Assembly: GCF_025860405.1 (NCBI RefSeq)
Contig: NZ_CP063785.1
Location: forward strand, 4,929,390-4,961,389
Source: Tolypothrix sp. PCC 7712
Lineage (GTDB): Bacteria > Cyanobacteriota > Cyanobacteriia > Cyanobacteriales > Nostocaceae
Direction: 5' to 3'
Length of the DNA: 32,000 nucleotides
How positions within the stretch are numbered: the first letter of the stretch is position 1; each line of letters starts with the position of its first letter. The notes beneath the pieces are model-generated. The model saw nothing but the letters and a program-made list of their open reading frames with translations, was not told where the DNA came from and did no database searches. Position numbers and translations under genes: made by a program. Of this stretch, positions 10,318 through 17,935 are shown one piece after another.

Positions 10318-10499
10318 TGGTGTCAACTTAACGTGAAACCCGCTTGTTTGCAAGGTTTCGCCCTCACCCCCAGCCCACACTGAGAGGGGAGCAAGAGATT
10401 TAGTTCCCCTTCTCCTGCGGGAGAAGGGGTTAGGGGATGAGGGCGCGAGGTATTTGTACAACGCCCGCCCTATATCGCTTTTAGCTTAAGTTGACACCA
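10318..10499. mobile_element. 182-bp MITE-like element bounded by perfect 14-bp inverted repeats
   Basis: TGGTGTCAACTTAA (10318-10331) faces TTAAGTTGACACCA (10486-10499). The interior carries the G-rich block CCCCTTCTCCTGCGGGAGAAGGGGTTAGGGGATGAGGG. I could not define a clear target duplication. Confidence 0.55.
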
Positions 10500-10507
10500 A
10501 TGGGCAC

Positions 10508-10786
10508 CAATACTTGTCGGTTAAGGGGAAAAGGGGAAGGGGAAAAGGGGCAAGAAATGAAAAACTCCACCCACAAGGGGATGGAGTTTTTGGGCATGGG
10601 GAATCGGGCATGGGGCATGGCGAAGAAATTACCAATGCCCAATGCCCCAAGCGGCGGGGCGGCTGTCCCTCTCCACCCACAAGGGGATGGAGTTTCCCGC
10701 CGCTTTCAATAAACCTTTAACCCTTACCCTTTCACCTTTTCCCCAAACCAAATTAAGAGTTTAAAATCCTTAACCGAGCAGTATTG
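10508..10786 (+). mobile_element. 126-bp MITE, copy 2, interrupted by a 153-bp nested insertion
   Basis: It has the same termini as copy 1 and a perfect 10-bp target duplication, CAATGGGCAC (10498-10507 and 10787-10796). Removing 10558-10710 restores exactly 126 bp. Confidence 0.8.
10558..10710. repeat. structured 153-bp insert inside MITE copy 2
   Basis: It contains two direct copies of the hairpin CTCCACCCACAAGGGGATGGAGTTT. It also has a GGGCATG/CATGCCC-type heptamer hairpin and a GCGGCGGG/CCCGCCGC stem. Confidence 0.6.
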
Positions 10787-11050
10787 CAATGGGCACTGCC
10801 TTGCTCTCTAAAATATATTGATGTGTCGCAAACATTATTTGATTGGGAATAAGTTTTAAAAATCAAATATGAGTTCTATAGCAAATGCGATCGCATTTGT
10901 GATTTCAGCGATCGCATTTGCTGCTTTGCGCTAAATTACGCAAAACTAAGATATTTATCGGTGTTAAAAGTAACCACACAGGCGGTGCGGTATCAACTAT
11001 GAATAGAAGAAACACTAGTACAAGTCGATTCTTTCTTTTTACTTTTTACT

Positions 11051-11105
11051 CCTGCGGAGTTCGCCAGTTGCTTTATGCCGGGGAACCCGTCCACCGCACT
11101 GGCTC
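11051..11105. repeat. 55-bp hairpin element flanked by a perfect 10-bp direct repeat
   Basis: ACTTTTTACT occurs at 11041-11050 and again at 11106-11115. The enclosed sequence contains the inverted repeat GCCAGT...ACTGGC. It lies just downstream of the HEAT-repeat gene stop. Confidence 0.5.
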
Positions 11106-11144
11106 ACTTTTTACTTTTGCCTTTTTGTACTAGTCCCTAGTTCC

Positions 11145-11903
11145 TTAAAACCAACCTTCTTGTTCTAAGGTTTCGATTAACTGTAAACCACGGGGATCGC
11201 CTACACCTAATAGTGAGGCTTTAGCGTCTTCTCTCACACCTAAGTCTTTGTCTTCAGCAAAAGCTTGAATCAAAGCGTCGATAGCTGTGGCGTAAACGAT
11301 ATTAGATGGAAGTTCGCGGCATAATTGCCCAATTGTCCAAGCGCAGTTACTCCGAACTGCGGCTACGGGGTCTTTGACTAAGGCTTCAATTAATGGTGGA
11401 ATTGCGCCTAAAACTGCCTCATAACCGACTTCTGCCATCTGTGCTAAGGCACTAGCAGCCCACAAGCGCACTGCGGAAATATCAGTTATTAAAGCATCAG
11501 TTAGGGGGGCTAAGGAACGGCGATCGCGGCAGTTTCCTAAAGCCCAAACTACACCTTTGCGGACATAGCCGTTCCAATCTCGGTTGAGTTGGTGAATTAA
11601 CGGCTCTACTGCATCTTTACTGGGATTGCGCCCGATCGCATAGGCTGCACTCACCCGCACTAACGGACAGGTATCAGTTAACAGCCGGATGAGATGGGGA
11701 ATTGCACGTGCATCTTCAATGTCACAAAAAGCACGTGCCGCTAGCATTCTTTGCTGCGGTTGGTCATTTTCTAAGAGAACTAGCATCACATCGGGATCTG
11801 GTTTTACCACTTCTGACTCAGCAGTTAGCGGCTCCATTCGATCCAAGGGACTTTCTAGCTCGTCTTCTATATCAAGTAGGCTTAGGTCGTCTTCGTCATA
11901 CAT
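11145..11903 (-). CDS. HEAT-repeat (PBS-lyase HEAT-like) protein
   Basis: Repeated units include RMLAARAFCDIEDARAIPHLIRLLTD..PLVRVSAAYAIGR, YVRKGVVWALG, AVRLWAASALAQ and AAVRSNCAWTIGQ. The track start (11948) is a TTG inside an AAATTCA repeat. I use the ATG at 11901-11903 (MYDEDDLSL). Confidence 0.8.
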   Translation of the reverse strand: MYDEDDLSLLDIEDELESPLDRMEPLTAESEVVKPDPDVMLVLLENDQPQQRMLAARAFCDIEDARAIPHLIRLLTDTCPLVRVSAAYAIGRNPSKDAVEPLIHQLNRDWNGYVRKGVVWALGNCRDRRSLAPLTDALITDISAVRLWAASALAQMAEVGYEAVLGAIPPLIEALVKDPVAAVRSNCAWTIGQLCRELPSNIVYATAIDALIQAFAEDKDLGVREDAKASLLGVGDPRGLQLIETLEQEGWF

Positions 11904-12107
11904 AATAGTGCAAGAAGGCAAACCCCAAGAGGGGAATTCAAAATTCAAAATTCAAAATTCAAAAAAATAGGAATTTTCTACCAGTTTATTAGAGCTTAAG
12001 CAATTGTCATATTTTTTCTTAAAGTGTGTTAAAGGTCAATAATCCAAAATTTTTGGACTTTTGACTTTTGTATGCGATTAATCGCGTCTTTGTGACTCTT
12101 GTCCAGC

Positions 12108-12629
12108 CTATTTTTCCATACTGAGTGATTTTACCATCCACAGGGATTGAGTTTGATAACCAAGTTGATGATAAAGATTCAATGCTGGTTGGTTAGATTG
12201 AAATACTTGTAACCCAAGTTGGCGATCGCCTCTTTGAATCGCCCAATTTTCCACGTACTTCATCAACGCTGTACCAATACCCCGCCGCCGATGTTCTGGC
12301 AAAACATAAAGCAGAAAAATATGAGCATGACGACTTCCCGTGACTTGATCGATAGCATTTCCCACCCATAAGCAAGCGACGGGGGATAGGGGGGATGAGG
12401 GGGAAAATATTTTCTTTTCTCCCCCTGCTGCCTCTGCTCCCTCTGCTTCTTCTACCCACCACAAGGGGGTTTTACTAGAGAAGTACTGCTCGACTGTTTG
12501 GGCGAGATGGGAAAAATCCGCCTGGGGAAAGATATCCTGGTAACTGCGTTGCATAAACTTTACCAGTAGCGCTCGATCTAAGCTGGAACCGGGGCGGATG
12601 TTGTACCCTGGTAGCAGTTGGTTAGGCAC
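12108..12629 (-). CDS. GNAT-family N-acetyltransferase with a repeat-derived in-frame insert
   Basis: The acetyl-CoA motif is LYVLPEHRRRGIGTALM, followed by the C-terminal LYHQLGY. It starts at a GTG (12627-12629). The low-complexity segment AEGAEAAGGEKKIFSPSSPLSP is encoded by G-run/CT-run repeat DNA (about 12378-12455). Confidence 0.8.
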   Translation of the reverse strand: MPNQLLPGYNIRPGSSLDRALLVKFMQRSYQDIFPQADFSHLAQTVEQYFSSKTPLWWVEEAEGAEAAGGEKKIFSPSSPLSPVACLWVGNAIDQVTGSRHAHIFLLYVLPEHRRRGIGTALMKYVENWAIQRGDRQLGLQVFQSNQPALNLYHQLGYQTQSLWMVKSLSMEK

Positions 12630-12783
12630 TGTGAATACTTGACAAAATTACCCCTACCTCTTCAATTGGTGCAGGTGCAGCCATATCGGAAGGTAAAAAT
12701 ATTCTGGCGCTGACTGCTACAAGGGCGAAGATAAATACTAGCACTACAAGCAAAGGGGCGATGTATTGACGAAAAATAGCCAT
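12622..12783 (-). CDS. candidate 53-aa single-pass membrane protein (below the ORF-track cutoff)
   Basis: My own translation from the ATG at 12781-12783 gives MAIFRQYIAPLLVVLVFIFALVAVSARIFLPSDMAAPAPIEEVGVILSSIHSA. Its TAA stop (12622-12624) overlaps the GTG start of the GNAT gene within AGTGCCTAA. Confidence 0.35.
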   Translation of the reverse strand: MAIFRQYIAPLLVVLVFIFALVAVSARIFLPSDMAAPAPIEEVGVILSSIHSA

Positions 12784-12900
12784 ATCTGTATGTGAGGGAG
12801 CAAGGTACTATCTACGAACTTAGTTGTAGATTTGTAAAGTTTTCTTGGTTTATTTTAGCGATGTTCAGGAGATAACTCACAAAAAGTTATTAGGTAGAAG

Positions 12901-13314
12901 TTACCGGCGATCGCGATCCAAATCTTCAATTACTTTCTCAACATACCAATTCTCCGTCATTCCCGGATAATTCTCTCTGGCTTGTTCAATTAAGCGTTCA
13001 GCAGTGTCTATATCACCATCTAGCCGCGCCACGAGATCATTTCTCAAATCGTTATGAGCAAGGAATTCTTGGGCTGTTTGTTGTGTGATTTCACTATTGA
13101 AGCTATTAAATGACTGTACTTGCTGGCGGCGCAATTGCCAAAATAGAACATAGTACAGTGTGCCAAAAATTAAAATTAGGCTGAGTGTTCCCAGAAAGGT
13201 GAGCAGGTTAAAGGGCAAAAATTGCAAAACCAACTGTGAGAGAACGTAGCCTAATAGTAGGCCAGTAACCAAAAGGATAAACGTGCCGACAATAATTACT
13301 ACTTGGTTCCCCAT
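12901..13314 (-). CDS. hypothetical two-TM membrane protein
   Basis: 137 aa with two hydrophobic helices followed by a charged helical tail (AERLIEQARENYPGMTENWYVEKVIEDLDRDRR). Its start overlaps the ampG stop by 16 nt, which suggests an operon. Confidence 0.6.
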   Translation of the reverse strand: MGNQVVIIVGTFILLVTGLLLGYVLSQLVLQFLPFNLLTFLGTLSLILIFGTLYYVLFWQLRRQQVQSFNSFNSEITQQTAQEFLAHNDLRNDLVARLDGDIDTAERLIEQARENYPGMTENWYVEKVIEDLDRDRR

Positions 13315-14591
13315 ACATCCTCTTCTTCTTCCTCAAGTCCTGGTCTTGTAATTGCCACTGGTTGAGGGTTCCAGGGGGCAAAAATTGGTAATAGCAATAA
13401 TCCTGGCACAGCAGCAACGATAGTAATGATGAAAAATAGCGGCCAACCCGTGTTTTGTGCGATCGCCCCACCGGGAGATGCGAGAATATCGCGGCTGACA
13501 GCCATCAAGCTAGAAAGTAAGGCATACTGAGTTGCCGAAAACTTCTGGTTACACAAACTCATTAAAAATGCCACGAAAGCTGCTGTTCCTAAACCACCAC
13601 AGAACTGTTCGATGTTGATGGCTAAGACCATAGCTTGATAGTTTTTCCCAGTGTAAGCAAGAGACAAGTAAGCAAAATTACTCACAGCTTGTAAAACGCC
13701 AAATACCCAAAGCGAACGGTTGATGCCAATTCTACTCAAAATTGCACCGCCTGCCAGTGCCCCCACAATGGTAGCGATTAATCCCATCCCTACCTGAATT
13801 GCCCCAATATCGGTTTTGGTAAAACCAACTTGCAGCAAAAACGGGGTAGTCATATTGCTCAGTAAAGCATCACCCAGCTTGTAAAGGGTAATGAACAATA
13901 AAACCAAAAAGCCTTGAATTACTCCTCGGCGTTGAAAAAATTCACCGAAGGGTAAAATGACAGCATCTGTTAATGAGGCGGGAGGGCTAATTGCTTCTGG
14001 TTCTGGTGCAAATAAAGTCGCAAAAATCCCCAATACCATCGTACCTGCCATCAACAAATAAACCGATGACCAAGGGATTCTATCAGCCAGGATTAATGCT
14101 AAAGCACCAGCCACTAACAAAGCGATGCGATATCCCAAAATGAAAACCGCCGCCCCAGCCCCCATTTCCAGCTTTTCTAAAACATCGGTACGGTAAGCAT
14201 CAGCAGCAATATCTTGTGTTGCGCTCAAAAAAGCAATAACTATAGCGTTAATGGCTAGCAGCTGTAATGCTTGTTTAGGTTGCTGGAATGCCATAATTGC
14301 GATCGCTACTGTTAAAGCCAGCTGCGTCACCACTAACCAACCCCGCCGTCGTCCCAAAAATGGCATGGTAAAGCGATCGAGAAACGGCGACCACAAAAAT
14401 TTTAACGAGTAAGGCAAACTAGCGAGGCTAAACCACCCAATAGCAGCCAAATCCACCTGTTCCACAGTCATCCAAGCTTTCAAGGTATTACCGATTAATA
14501 GCAACGGTAACCCTGATGAAAACCCCAGAAACAATAAAGCCGCCATCTTGCGGCTACCAAAAACATCCAATAGCGATCGCAGTGGATTCAT
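13299..14591 (-). CDS. ampG: AmpG-family muropeptide MFS permease
   Basis: A multi-TM MFS protein with the N-terminal block FLGFSSGLPLLLIGNTLKAWMTVEQVDLAAIGWFSLASLPYSLKFLWSPFLDRF typical of AmpG. The track start (14615) is a GTG. I prefer the ATG at 14589-14591 (MNPLRSLL). Confidence 0.85.
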   Translation of the reverse strand: MNPLRSLLDVFGSRKMAALLFLGFSSGLPLLLIGNTLKAWMTVEQVDLAAIGWFSLASLPYSLKFLWSPFLDRFTMPFLGRRRGWLVVTQLALTVAIAIMAFQQPKQALQLLAINAIVIAFLSATQDIAADAYRTDVLEKLEMGAGAAVFILGYRIALLVAGALALILADRIPWSSVYLLMAGTMVLGIFATLFAPEPEAISPPASLTDAVILPFGEFFQRRGVIQGFLVLLFITLYKLGDALLSNMTTPFLLQVGFTKTDIGAIQVGMGLIATIVGALAGGAILSRIGINRSLWVFGVLQAVSNFAYLSLAYTGKNYQAMVLAINIEQFCGGLGTAAFVAFLMSLCNQKFSATQYALLSSLMAVSRDILASPGGAIAQNTGWPLFFIITIVAAVPGLLLLPIFAPWNPQPVAITRPGLEEEEEDVWGTK

Positions 14592-14682
14592 AATTTCGTT
14601 TTGGTCTCTCCTCACCTGTTGCGAATTGCAGTTATCTTGCCATTACTAGAGGATTTCACGCAAATCGGGAAAGTGTTGGGTG

Positions 14683-14780
14683 TTGACTGTTGACTGTTGA
14701 CTGTTGACTGTTGACTGTTGACTGTTGATTGTTGACTGTTGATTGTTGATTGTTGACTGTTGACTGTTGATTGTTGACTG
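14683..14780. repeat. STRR array, 14 tandem heptamers (TTGACTG/TTGATTG)
   Basis: Read directly: 98 bp is exactly 14 units. The 62-aa track ORF 14612..14800 (QQSTVNS repeats) is simply its translation. Confidence 0.9.
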
Positions 14781-14803
14781 GAGATGAGAGGAAATAACAA
14801 ACA

Positions 14804-14858
14804 CCCAATTACCCATTACCCATTACCCATTACCCATTACCAATGCCCAATGCCCCAA
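14804..14858. repeat. second STRR array (ACCCATT/CCCAATG heptamers)
   Basis: CCCAATTACCCATTACCCATTACCCATTACCCATTACCAATGCCCAATGCCCCAAT. It abuts the stop codon of the methyltransferase gene. Confidence 0.85.
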
Positions 14859-16307
14859 TTACACTTGATAAACTTCATGCCCCCTAATTTCTACACCATG
14901 TGCAGCGAGACATTTTTCCCAGCCTTCACGGGTGCCAATTTCGCTTTTTTGCTGGAGTAGCCCTAGTTGCTGTTCTTGTTGGGTGAGTTTCGCAAATTCT
15001 TCGTAGAGTGGATAGTTTGGCGTGACAAAAGTTTCTTTACGGTGCAAAATTGGCGGATTGGTTCGGGTCTCGTAGTCGCGGTGAGTGATTCTGAGGGTTA
15101 GGAAGTCAATAATGATACTGGCTTTTAAGGCAGGGTGGGGGTCTGTGTCGAATTCTGGGTAAAAGAGATAGCAAATTTGCGGTTTATCAGTGCAAAATTT
15201 GATTAAAGTGGCACCATCTACACGCCCGATGGTACGGCTGGCGCAGCCTTCATAGATTCGCAGTAAAGCATCGAGTTCTGCAAGAGCAGAAACATGGACA
15301 TATAATGCCCCACGGGTATGTTTACCTATTTTGCTTTTTTCGCAAGCTGTTTGCACTACCCTGGGTTGTCCTAAGCTAAACAGTTTTTGGTCGGCGACTC
15401 CACAAGCTTCTTCGTAACTGCCAAAAAAGGCTTTGATGTCATGACGAATTTCTAGGGCGAGTTTCTGCCATGAGGGGCGTTGTTCAAAGTGGGTGAGGGC
15501 GAGATAAACTTGGATATCCAGAGAACGACGATAGGCGATCGCATCCCATTCTGCTTCATCGGTAGCTTGTAATACTACACCAAAGGCACGACGGAAGTTA
15601 CCAAATTCACTCAGTAGTTCCTGTTCGTTGCTCAATTCTCCTTTGACTGGTAATCTCCCGCGTTGGGTGAAAAAAGCCATCAATGGTGCCAGTAGTTCTT
15701 GGTAATCTTCAAAGCGCTTGCTGGGAATGCGAACTCTGGGCGTAGAAGTGCGAGAAAAGAAGCGGATGGCTTTGAAACTTTGTTTTTCGGCTTCATCGCG
15801 AAAGACAAAATAAACACCTAAAGCTACGGGTACAGCATCTACATTCAGTACCTCATCAATGTAACTTTTCAGTTCTTCTTGCTCGTAATATTTCTGAAAA
15901 GTATTGCGCCGGGTAACAATTCCATCACTGTAAGCTAATTGGGTTTTACTTGGGGCGTTAACTAAAACTTGTGCAGCGACAATTAAGACTTTGCGGGTGA
16001 GTTCCCAAGCTTTAATTAAGCTTTCCCGGCGTTCTTGAGTATCTTCAATAACATTGAGGACATAACCCAAATTCACAACATCGGCGGCGGTGATTTCATC
16101 CTCAGGATAATAATAAGGATCCCAGCCGCCACTGGTATAACCTAAATTTGCCACGCGCTGGACATCACCACCGTAGCCGCAACCGTAGTCAAAGAAAGTC
16201 GTTTCCTGATTGAGGATTGACCATTCTATAGCTAATCGTACCGGACGAGAGATATCAGTACGTGCGATCGCAGCTCTGTGACGCTCAATTTCTAACGCTT
16301 CAGGCAT
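14859..16307 (-). CDS. DNA phosphorothioation-associated putative SAM-methyltransferase (N-terminal class-I MTase plus about 350 aa of unknown sequence)
   Basis: 482 aa. SAM motif I is FFDYGCGYGGDV, followed by VVNLGYVLNVIED. The C-terminal region ends ...NPPILHRKETFVTPNYPLYEEF, which I recognise from the dnd-linked methyltransferase family. It lies 43 nt downstream of dndE on the same strand. Confidence 0.7.
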   Translation of the reverse strand: MPEALEIERHRAAIARTDISRPVRLAIEWSILNQETTFFDYGCGYGGDVQRVANLGYTSGGWDPYYYPEDEITAADVVNLGYVLNVIEDTQERRESLIKAWELTRKVLIVAAQVLVNAPSKTQLAYSDGIVTRRNTFQKYYEQEELKSYIDEVLNVDAVPVALGVYFVFRDEAEKQSFKAIRFFSRTSTPRVRIPSKRFEDYQELLAPLMAFFTQRGRLPVKGELSNEQELLSEFGNFRRAFGVVLQATDEAEWDAIAYRRSLDIQVYLALTHFEQRPSWQKLALEIRHDIKAFFGSYEEACGVADQKLFSLGQPRVVQTACEKSKIGKHTRGALYVHVSALAELDALLRIYEGCASRTIGRVDGATLIKFCTDKPQICYLFYPEFDTDPHPALKASIIIDFLTLRITHRDYETRTNPPILHRKETFVTPNYPLYEEFAKLTQQEQQLGLLQQKSEIGTREGWEKCLAAHGVEIRGHEVYQV

Positions 16308-16310
16308 AAT

Positions 16311-16340
16311 ACAGTCAACAGTTAACAGTCAACAGTTAAC
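16311..16340. repeat. STRR heptamers filling the dndE-methyltransferase spacer
   Basis: ACAGTCAACAGTTAACAGTCAACAGTTAAC belongs to the same heptamer family as 5573-5622 and 14683-14780. It ends 3 nt from the ATG of the methyltransferase. Confidence 0.85.
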
Positions 16341-16350
16341 TAATATCCTG

Positions 16351-16737
16351 TCAATCTTTTAGCGCTAGTTCCATTAAATCTTCAATTTTCTTGATATTTG
16401 GATCACCGGCTAAGTAACCAATTCCCCGATGTAAATGCAAGCGAAATTGAGTAGCGAGGGTTTCTTTATCGGTGGCGTAACCGTCATTGTGACACCTTTG
16501 CTTGAGCGCGAGGAGAAGGATCTCGGACATATCGCCACCAAAAACGCGCCAGGTTAATTCCACATTGCTATCTTGGGGGATGGGTACAGGGGAAGGTGGT
16601 GTGGGTTCTGCAAGAGAACGACAAAAAGCCCAACGACATAATATATTCCATTGGTCAATTTTTGTACTGCGGCGCAGTTTAAGTAATTGGTCTTTAGCTG
16701 TTTGAGAAAGTTTAAATCTTTCGATAGGTGATTCCAT
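16351..16737 (-). CDS. dndE: DndE-like DNA sulfur-modification protein
   Basis: 128 aa with RFKLSQTAKDQLLKLRRSTKIDQWNILCRWAFCRSL and LATQFRLHLHRGIGYL. Both the size and these motifs match DndE (DUF1832) as I remember it. Confidence 0.75.
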   Translation of the reverse strand: MESPIERFKLSQTAKDQLLKLRRSTKIDQWNILCRWAFCRSLAEPTPPSPVPIPQDSNVELTWRVFGGDMSEILLLALKQRCHNDGYATDKETLATQFRLHLHRGIGYLAGDPNIKKIEDLMELALKD

Positions 16738-17133
16738 AAATTAAAACTAAAACTAAGACTCTATGATTATGCTTTCACATAATTAATGCTACTGACAACA
16801 TATTAGAGTTTTTGTATAGTATTGGACTAAGTATATAAAATATTGTTAATCTAACAAGAGCAAAACATATTAAAAATAACTTCTTAGCCAAAAAGCAAAA
16901 ATGCTCTGTAAATATTTTGAACCTTAGTTAAGCAAAGCTTAGTTCTGACTACGTTAACGAGCAATAACAGTCAGTGATAATACACCTCAGTTGATGATTC
17001 AGCTTGGTTAATCTCTTAGAGAGAGAAGAAAATTTTTTTGTATCTCTTTTGTTACCATATAGAATAAAGTTAAAGCCCAGATAAAAATCGTTCATTATAG
17101 CCAAAAAGTATACAAATAAACTCTTTTGTAAAT

Positions 17134-17514
17134 ATGTCACAATTTGTTTACATAGTTAGAAGTGGAGAAACTAACAGATATAAAATTGGGATGACTAAGA
17201 ATATCTATCAAAGATTTAAAAAATTACAAGGAACAGATGCACCTTATTATATAAACTCAATCCATCATATAAAAGTAATTAATAGTAGAGTTATAGAAAA
17301 GTATTTACATAATAAGTATAAAAGCTATCAGGTAAAAGGTGAATGGTTTGAACTGAATGAAAATCTAGTAAAAAGTGTTGTAAAAGACATGGATTTTCAA
17401 GGAATTCTTCAACTAGCAGCAGAATTAAGCATTGAAGAGCTTCTTGAATTGCAAATGGAACTTATTAAATTATGCCACTCTAAAATAGCCCAAACGAGCG
17501 AAATACACTGTTAA
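17134..17514 (+). CDS. GIY-YIG superfamily protein of the T5orf172/MUG113 type
   Basis: 126 aa with FVYIVRSGETNRYKIGMTKNIYQRFKKLQ ... IEKYLHNKYKSYQVKGEWFELNEN. It is antisense to the flanking dnd genes, and its codon usage is very AT-rich. Confidence 0.7.
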   Translation: MSQFVYIVRSGETNRYKIGMTKNIYQRFKKLQGTDAPYYINSIHHIKVINSRVIEKYLHNKYKSYQVKGEWFELNENLVKSVVKDMDFQGILQLAAELSIEELLELQMELIKLCHSKIAQTSEIHC

Positions 17515-17569
17515 AAGTAGTGATTAGCATAAAAAAACAAAAATTAGTCCTAATTAATCAACAATACTA

Positions 17570-17818
17570 TCAGTAACAATTGAAAAAATTAGACGATTTA
17601 TTTTTACATGATGCCACAGAGGCAATTTCTCTCTGTATATCTAAATCATTAGCCATTGCAGCTAGTTGTTGATTCATGGATTGCACATTAGCCAGTTGAT
17701 GAGATAATTGTTTCTTTTCTTGCACTTTGCTTTCGATACGTTCTAGGAGCCATTCTAGTTCTTCTAATGACAGATTACTTAAGTCACGCTCTATTTCTTT
17801 TAGATATGGTGAGATCAT
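17570..17818 (-). CDS. hypothetical 82-aa coiled-coil protein
   Basis: MISPYLKEIERDLSNLSLEELEWLLERIESKVQEKKQ... starts at the ATG at 17816-17818; the track's TTG extension is not needed. It is co-oriented with dndD and dndE. No family recognised. Confidence 0.45.
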   Translation of the reverse strand: MISPYLKEIERDLSNLSLEELEWLLERIESKVQEKKQLSHQLANVQSMNQQLAAMANDLDIQREIASVASCKNKSSNFFNCY

Positions 17819-17935
17819 AACTGCATATACCTTTGCCAAATGTTGTTAGATATATTGTAAATATCTGAGAGGAAATCAATTGCGATTACTTCTTCTGGTA
17901 ATCAGCTCATCACTCGATTATTTAGAAGAAAAATA

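Noticed and set aside
10270-10720. Track ORFs 10270..10461, 10486..10680, 10491..10712 and 10514..10720. The same applies to 27152..27380, 31496..31771, 14612..14800, 10918..11133 and 31185..31424.
   Set aside because: All lie wholly inside MITEs, STRR arrays or hairpin repeats and overlap one another in several frames. Their Gly/Pro/Lys-rich or QQSTVNS-type products are repeat translations, not proteins.
16949-17140. The 63-aa ORF in the AT-rich cassette, and the 79-aa ORF 25282..25521.
   Set aside because: Both have hydrophobic, low-complexity products from AT-rich or intergenic DNA, with no start context or motifs. They are most likely chance ORFs.
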